Virus record (IMG/VR): IMGVR_UViG_3300047272_000350
Coordinates: 58,876-122,875 of that record
Strand: one strand, 5' to 3'
Length of the DNA stretch: 64,000 nt
DNA from: a virus
Taxonomy: Duplodnaviria > Heunggongvirae > Uroviricota > Caudoviricetes
This document shows, piece after piece, positions 58,867-64,000 of this stretch (positions within the stretch are counted from its first letter, which is position 1; every line of letters starts with the position of its first letter). Both the position numbers and the translations under genes were made by a program. Below the pieces are notes generated by a model that saw only the letters and a list, made by a program, of their open reading frames with translations, did no database searches and had not been told where the DNA came from.

Positions 58867-59138
58867 TACAGGTACTCTATAAGCTACTACCCTTGGAGCT
58901 TCGAATCGTATCATTGAGCCTATTCTAGACTAGGAACAATAACATCTTATAGAGTGAGAGTTTTAAAACTGTTATACTCACAAACAATAGTAGTCAGGAC
59001 AGGATTCGAACCTATTTCAGCTTTGCCATAAAGAGTCGGCCTTACCGTTACTCAACCTTGGGGAGGTGCTACCAACCAATGGTCTACTGACTATGTGTTC
59101 TCTTTTTTACAGAAACGAGAACCAAAACTGATGCGATA

Positions 59139-59327
59139 CTATTTAGTAGTATCTTTTTTTGTTGTGTCTACTGCTGTAGTATCAACTGAAACTGAGTCTA
59201 CAGATGTTGAATCAACTTTTACCTCTGTTGAATCTACTTGAGCCTCTGCATTCACTTCGCTATTAGGTTTACAACTTGCAAAACTCAAGCTGAACAAAAT
59301 AGCCATTAAAAAGAAAATCTTTTTCAT
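59139..59327 (-). CDS. Small secreted lipoprotein with VDST/VDTT repeats (62 aa).
   Basis: MKKIFFLMAILFSLSFASC lipobox. Repetitive VDSTEVKVDSTSVDSVSVDTTAVDTT. Confidence 0.45.
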   Translation of the reverse strand: MKKIFFLMAILFSLSFASCKPNSEVNAEAQVDSTEVKVDSTSVDSVSVDTTAVDTTKKDTTK

Positions 59328-59868
59328 TTTATATTTATTTTAATTAAAATTTAGCACCCTCTTTCATGTAAGCGGCATCAGCTTACGTAGCCGGACCAAG
59401 AGTAGGGTCACGTAGTTATCACTCCTTCTTAGGCGGATTTTAGGATATGTTAAACAGCCCGATTAACAATGAACAATGTATCTCACATTTATAACTACTT
59501 GCTGAGAACTCATTTGTGTTGTATGTGCAGCTCAATCATCTTGGCACATCTTTTACTTCCTGTTCTAACTCCTTTCTCAAGGGAATCAACACATCTACCA
59601 TCTCTGATAGTATCTTTATGTAAAGCAAAGCACTAAAATAAGCACTCCGTCCTAAAGACCGTTTTATAGTCTATTACAAAGGTTCAATGTTTAGCCTATT
59701 TGAGAGTTATGCACTGCCACTCACAAGCGTTCCCTTATCTCCAGAGACCAATAGCACCCATTTCGGGTTGGGTACACCACCTTTGCTCTTATTCTAATAC
59801 CCCTTTATATAAGAGCTAACCTGCTTATCTTTAAATACGAGTTTTTCGGGGGTACAGGTTATTTTTTA

Positions 59869-60681
59869 TTAGTTTACTGCCTTAACAAATGGTAAGCCAC
59901 CTCCTGCGTAAGTGGTTGGAAGTTTACCATTCCATTTACGAATTGCTTGTTCTTGTAATATTTGTGGAGTAATACCGGCACTTCTAATTTTATTTTGCTC
60001 AGTTCTTAATATCTCCAATTCATTACGCTTTCTTTGTTCTGCAATCTGCTGATCCAATACAGAAATATTTGTATTTACTTCATTACGACTATCAATCTTA
60101 GCTTTTACTTTGCTAGAGAAATCAAGATTTAAACTGAAACTAACTAATTGTAAACCTGACTTTTCAAATTCTTTTGTAACTATATTTTGAACATACTGCT
60201 CGAACTTTAATGAACCACCGTTTGCCATTAATTGCTCTGTTGTATAACTTCTTGAAGCCTCTTTAATAATATCGTAGATTCTTGGCTCTAATACATTATC
60301 TTGTAAAGCTGTCATAAAGTCATCCCCTGAACCTAATCTTGAATTTTGAAACACTACATCTACAACTCTACTTTCAATTACTTTATATGAATATAACGGT
60401 TTTGATGTAAAGGCTGTATTATCTGCCGCTTTTACTTGTAAAATTCTGTCTTCTCCTTCATCATCCGTAAACTTACCACGTTGTTCCCATGCCGGTACTT
60501 GAAATAACTCTGTCCCCGGTGACATTGTAGAAACTCTACCTTGCTGTTTAGAGTAGTCATCCTTACCACTCTTACCATAATTTTCCATCAACACTCCATA
60601 ATAGTTTGGAGCCACTCTTTCGCAAGAGGTAAAACCAACTGCTACTACTAATACTAAAAATACTACTAAAACTTTTTTCAT
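59869..60681 (-). CDS. SPFH/band-7 (prohibitin-stomatin family) lipoprotein (270 aa).
   Basis: Signal peptide with Cys (FTSC). SPFH-like core. C-terminal coiled coil DQQIAEQRKRNELEILRTEQNKIR. Confidence 0.55.
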   Translation of the reverse strand: MKKVLVVFLVLVVAVGFTSCERVAPNYYGVLMENYGKSGKDDYSKQQGRVSTMSPGTELFQVPAWEQRGKFTDDEGEDRILQVKAADNTAFTSKPLYSYKVIESRVVDVVFQNSRLGSGDDFMTALQDNVLEPRIYDIIKEASRSYTTEQLMANGGSLKFEQYVQNIVTKEFEKSGLQLVSFSLNLDFSSKVKAKIDSRNEVNTNISVLDQQIAEQRKRNELEILRTEQNKIRSAGITPQILQEQAIRKWNGKLPTTYAGGGLPFVKAVN

Positions 60682-60686
60682 TTTTC

Positions 60687-60843
60687 TTACTTTAATTTTT
60701 TACTAATTTGATTTGCTGAAATTATTAAACCTAACACACCAACTGCAATTCCAGCCCAAGCATTGATGTGATTAAAAACCCAAAATGTTCCGAATACCCA
60801 CCCGAAAACTAGGAGAATTACTCCTGCTACTTTATTTACCATA
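60687..60843 (-). CDS. Unannotated small two-TM membrane protein (51 aa) immediately upstream of the SPFH gene. Fits an NfeD-like partner or holin-like peptide.
   Basis: My own translation of the rc: MVNKVAGVILLVFGWVFGTFWVFNHINAWAGIAVGVLGLIISANQISKKLK. It falls below the 60-aa ORF-track cutoff. Stop is 6 nt before the SPFH start. Preceded by a promoter cassette at 60862-60900. Confidence 0.4.
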
Positions 60844-61111
60844 CTTTCTAATTTTATTTTGCAAAGTTACAAATTCTTTTTTAATCTTGCAAACTTTTTA
60901 AAAAAAAAATAACACATCCATCAAGATTGGCATACTTCCACTCTATCTTGCTACACAGCTTAGTCACTGCTTTACTCAAAGTTGCTTCATATAATACTCG
61001 AACAAACATAACACCTCTTGTAGTGTTGTATTCCTTAGATATACTGTTTGTCTTTCTATGTGTTATTATTTCTTCTGCAAAGGTACAACCTTTATTTTAA
61101 TCTTGCAAGGA

Positions 61112-61807
61112 TTAACCGAAATATTTTTTATAAATTTTATGATACTCCTCGATTTTCTTTGCTGTCTTATCAAAAGACTTCAAGAAAGTCTCTGCTCTAT
61201 CCTTAGAGAAAGGTGTAGGTATACGCTCAATCTCTCCGGTTAATCTTAGTGGATACTTTTCTTGACCATTACCTTTTCTGTCTAATAAAATAACCCCCGA
61301 ATATGCAATATGCTCTCCCTCTAATTCTCTTTGGTAAGCATACAGAGTTGTCTGTTGGTACTCATCTCCTCCGTAGAACGCCTTTTTAGTCTTGATAGCA
61401 CCGGTTTTTAAATCGTCAATCACAAGATTACCCTCAACATCTAGGTACTCTCTATCTATAAACCCTTGGATAACATAAGAACCTCTATCTACAACTATCT
61501 CAACCTCATACAAGGCATTTGCAGGTCTTTCTATGCTACGGATAGTCTCTACATCAAAGTCAGAAAGATCGGATGTCTCAGTGTCTGTCTCAAACAATAC
61601 ACCACATTTACCTCCATATTCTGTAAAGATGTTACCCTCTCCTCGGATACCTAAAAAATAATTAGCAAAGAACTCTCCCTTGTATGCTTCTTCGTTAAAG
61701 GAATTGTATGCTGAATAACTTAGTTTTGGTTTCCCAACATGTTGGGGGTATTTACCCCCCTCATTCTCATAGACTTTTGGTAAGTCTAGCATTTTTACTT
61801 CTGCCAT
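61112..61807 (-). CDS. PD-(D/E)xK RecB-family nuclease (phage recombination exonuclease-like, 231 aa).
   Basis: DVEGNLVIDDLKTG (D...D-x-K) followed by QQTTLYAYQ (the QhxxY motif of RecB-like nucleases). Confidence 0.5.
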   Translation of the reverse strand: MAEVKMLDLPKVYENEGGKYPQHVGKPKLSYSAYNSFNEEAYKGEFFANYFLGIRGEGNIFTEYGGKCGVLFETDTETSDLSDFDVETIRSIERPANALYEVEIVVDRGSYVIQGFIDREYLDVEGNLVIDDLKTGAIKTKKAFYGGDEYQQTTLYAYQRELEGEHIAYSGVILLDRKGNGQEKYPLRLTGEIERIPTPFSKDRAETFLKSFDKTAKKIEEYHKIYKKYFG

Positions 61808-62898
61808 TATATTTTATTTAAGATTTCTGCGATTTCTGCTTTTTTAACTTCTTGTTGCAAAGGATTGTCTGACTTGAACATTTCTGTATTGATATACAGA
61901 TTAACTAATATGTCTTCTACAATAACTCTGTCTTTCTTAGTCATCTTTTTCTTCTTTAACAACTCTGTAAGTTCTTGTCTAGTCTCCGGTAGAATTTCTG
62001 TTGCATTTACTAACTTGTGTAGTATTGGCATTTTCTTAAAAAGTACATCTTCCGGCTCTCTTGTGTCAACTACCTCTTCTTTTTTAGGTTCTTCTACCTT
62101 GTCTACTACTTTAGCAATATTACTTTTCTTAGGCACTAACTTTAACTCTTCTTTCTGAGTGCTTTCTTTTACCGGAGTAACTTCGTCAAACTGAAATACT
62201 TTTTCTCCTTTGATTCTACGAACCACATTGAAAGTAGCTATCGTATCTAATGTACAATACTGAGCAATTCTCTCTACTTCTCCTCTGTAGTATGCACTAC
62301 CTACTTCATCCCCCACTAAGTCTACCTTACTGATAGGTATGTTAAGAGCAGTACACAACGCTTGTAATGAACTACCGGCACCAGAGCCACCCATCTTCCA
62401 AATGTCTGCGTTAGTACACATGTTTCTGCTTTCCCAAGGTTTTTGGTGAGCTGTGTCTAACAATACCGGTATTTGAATGCTGTTGATTACAAATCTTTTG
62501 CATAAGAAAGGGAAATCAAAGTACTTAGCGGCATGTCCTAACAATCTGTAGTTTTTACCATCGGCACCATCTGACATTCTTTGTAAAAAGTTTCTAAGGT
62601 CTGTAAGTAATACTGCCTCGTCTTCTCCATAAAACTCTTTGTATTTAGCTTTGTCTTCTCCAATCATAAACACAAGACTTACAGCACAAACTTTACTGAA
62701 CTCTGCGTACAAAGATGCTGTCTTTTCCCAAGAGTCTGCTAACTCTTCGAAGAAAGGCACCTCTCCCGATTGTTTGTTCTTGTACTCCCATGCTGATTGC
62801 CACTCCGGAGATAAGTCTTCATACTTCTCTACAATACGGACTGTTTCAATGTCGATACCTACAAAATGTTTAGTAGGGATGTCTCTTAATAATTTCAT
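61807..62898 (-). CDS. DEDD-family (DnaQ-like) 3'-5' exonuclease with K/E-rich C-terminal extension (363 aa).
   Basis: Exo I FVGIDIETV. Exo II LLGHAAKYFDFPFL. Exo III YCTLDTIAT. Confidence 0.65.
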   Translation of the reverse strand: MKLLRDIPTKHFVGIDIETVRIVEKYEDLSPEWQSAWEYKNKQSGEVPFFEELADSWEKTASLYAEFSKVCAVSLVFMIGEDKAKYKEFYGEDEAVLLTDLRNFLQRMSDGADGKNYRLLGHAAKYFDFPFLCKRFVINSIQIPVLLDTAHQKPWESRNMCTNADIWKMGGSGAGSSLQALCTALNIPISKVDLVGDEVGSAYYRGEVERIAQYCTLDTIATFNVVRRIKGEKVFQFDEVTPVKESTQKEELKLVPKKSNIAKVVDKVEEPKKEEVVDTREPEDVLFKKMPILHKLVNATEILPETRQELTELLKKKKMTKKDRVIVEDILVNLYINTEMFKSDNPLQQEVKKAEIAEILNKI

Positions 62899-62955
62899 AT
62901 ATTCTGTTTTTAAATTCTGTGCAAAGATATAACTTATTTTTTAATCTTGCAATAT
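62899..62955 (-). promoter_or_regulatory. Promoter/leader cassette for the DEDD exonuclease operon (rc TTGCAAGATTAAAAAA-N8-TATCTTTGCACAG-AATTTAAAAACAGAATAT-ATG).
   Basis: -7 box rc at 62922-62929. Leader motif at 62899-62915. Upstream TTGCAAGATTAAAAAA. The same three-part architecture recurs at 60862-60900 and 61078-61115. Confidence 0.45.
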
Positions 62956-62957
62956 TT

Positions 62958-63224
62958 TTACAACTTTTCTTTTTGTGTTACTACCTCGTAAGTAGTTTTT
63001 TCTGTATTAATTAATTTTAAAAGTATCAGCAACATCTCTGCCTCTGAGTAATCAATCCTTCCTTTTTCACTGAACTTTACTATTAGCCCATTACCATCGT
63101 CTGTAACTTGCATAGCTACCTCTTTAGGGAATGTCCAAGATCCGTTATCCGAATACCTTAGTGTGTGTACGTTATCATCTTCTAAAGAGTAATCGTACTC
63201 ATGTCTTCCATCTACTAGTATCAT
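62958..63224 (-). CDS. Hypothetical protein (88 aa).
   Basis: ORF in array. Confidence 0.4.
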   Translation of the reverse strand: MILVDGRHEYDYSLEDDNVHTLRYSDNGSWTFPKEVAMQVTDDGNGLIVKFSEKGRIDYSEAEMLLILLKLINTEKTTYEVVTQKEKL

Positions 63225-63322
63225 CTTACTATTTTTTTATAATTAATAAATAAGGAGTATCTCCTACATACTTTATTTCTCCTTCTGCCTCTAACTTCTT
63301 TGCCTCTGCAACACCTTGTGAT

Positions 63323-63544
63323 TTAGCAATCATCTTTAGTGTCTGTTCCATCATCAAAAGCTTCTGTTATTTGAGTCATTTCCATTTCTTTGGCTTGTTC
63401 ACATTTCATTTTTAGTAAAGTTGTGGATGTTAATATGGCATCAACTTCTTTTTTCAATGATTTATCTTTTTTAGCTAAATCAATGTATCTTTTTTGTTGT
63501 TGGTTAATTTCTTCAATTACCCAATCTACTGCTGTTTGTTTCAT
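63323..63544 (-). CDS. Hypothetical small protein, member of a tandem paralogue family (73 aa).
   Basis: N-terminal MKQTAVDWVIEE resembles MKKSAVEWLAEQ of ORF 63782-63997. Confidence 0.4.
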   Translation of the reverse strand: MKQTAVDWVIEEINQQQKRYIDLAKKDKSLKKEVDAILTSTTLLKMKCEQAKEMEMTQITEAFDDGTDTKDDC

Positions 63545-63547
63545 ATC

Positions 63548-63778
63548 TTATTTGTTTTTAAATTCATTAAACCATTTTTTCTTTGCTTTAGGAAATGGTA
63601 AATCTCCATCTCTTAATTGCCAACCATCAAGGAATGCATTCTTTATATCTTCCTCGCTGTAACTTCTTTCTTTTTTCCATTTAGCACCTGCTATAAATGC
63701 AGTTTTTGTTGAATCATATTCATATTTTTTTTCAATACAATATCTTTCAGCAGCTTCTTCAAGTGTTTCTTGTTCCAT
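63548..63778 (-). CDS. Hypothetical small protein, tandem paralogue (76 aa).
   Basis: C-terminal KWFNEFKNK matches KWFEQFKNK of the neighbouring gene. Shares the 5' leader motif. Confidence 0.4.
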   Translation of the reverse strand: MEQETLEEAAERYCIEKKYEYDSTKTAFIAGAKWKKERSYSEEDIKNAFLDGWQLRDGDLPFPKAKKKWFNEFKNK

Positions 63779-63781
63779 ATC

Positions 63782-63997
63782 TTATTTGTTTTTAAATTGT
63801 TCAAACCATTTATCTATATCTATTAATTCTTTATTTATGTTTAATTCTATTCTTAAACATTTAAGTAAGTCAGATACTTCTTCCTCACTATAACCTCGTT
63901 GTTGCTTTTCCATTTCTTTGGCTTGTTCAATGTATGGATTAAACATTTCGGGGTGTTGCATTTGTTCTGCTAACCATTCTACTGCTGACTTTTTCAT
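63782..63997 (-). CDS. Hypothetical small protein, tandem paralogue (71 aa).
   Basis: See neighbours. Conserved termini and leader. Confidence 0.4.
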   Translation of the reverse strand: MKKSAVEWLAEQMQHPEMFNPYIEQAKEMEKQQRGYSEEEVSDLLKCLRIELNINKELIDIDKWFEQFKNK

Positions 63998-64000
63998 ATC

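Noticed and set aside
1-64000. CRISPR arrays, rRNA genes, integrase/transposase or IS elements.
   Set aside because: No regularly spaced direct repeats, no rRNA-like conserved stretches, and no tyrosine/serine recombinase or DDE motifs were seen in any ORF.

Overview
This is an AT-rich (about 35% GC), densely coded dsDNA phage segment with two convergent arms. There is no CRISPR array, rRNA or transposase/integrase in the window. The recurring TAnnTTTG -7 boxes point to a Bacteroidetes (Flavobacteriia/Bacteroidia-type) host.

- **Left arm (1-35170, + strand):** a virion/late module made almost entirely of giant ORFs (1988, 772, 968, 658, 944, 1635, 2424 and 1896 aa). It includes a receptor-binding-like protein with tandem Ig-like repeats and CPEGY cysteine motifs, a protein with an SLT-type lytic-transglycosylase motif, Q-rich proteins with internal repeats, and a 2424-aa protein carrying an HExxH motif plus a GNAT-like signature. 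The giant ORFs are grouped into operons, each preceded by a Bacteroidetes-type promoter -7 box (TAATTTTGC).
- **Arm boundary:** the two arms meet at a GC hairpin flanked by A-run and T-run (35177-35219).
- **Right arm (35228-64000, - strand):** an early/replication and nucleotide-metabolism module.
  - Replication: family-A DNA polymerase, DnaB-like helicase, ATP-dependent DNA ligase.
  - Nucleotide metabolism: class I RNR NrdA/NrdB, dNMP kinase, MazG, a HAD phosphatase and two metallophosphatases.
  - Recombination: a RecB-like PD-(D/E)xK nuclease, a DEDD 3'-5' exonuclease and a NinG/Rap-like protein.
  - Lysis: a glucosaminidase-type endolysin.
  - Also present: an HNH endonuclease, an archaemetzincin-like secreted zinc-protease lipoprotein, and an SPFH/band-7 lipoprotein with an upstream small membrane protein.
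  - Nine of the right-arm genes sit behind a conserved promoter/leader cassette (TTGCAAGATTAAAAAA ... TAnnTTTGCA-AG ... AATTTAAAAACAAATA ... ATG).
- **RNA-rich block (about 57.46-59.87 kb):** one canonical tRNA-Met(CAT), one probable tRNA with an unusual anticodon loop, several isolated T-arm-like hairpins that I could not fold into complete tRNAs, and a 540-nt ORF-free stretch with higher GC that is a candidate large structured ncRNA.
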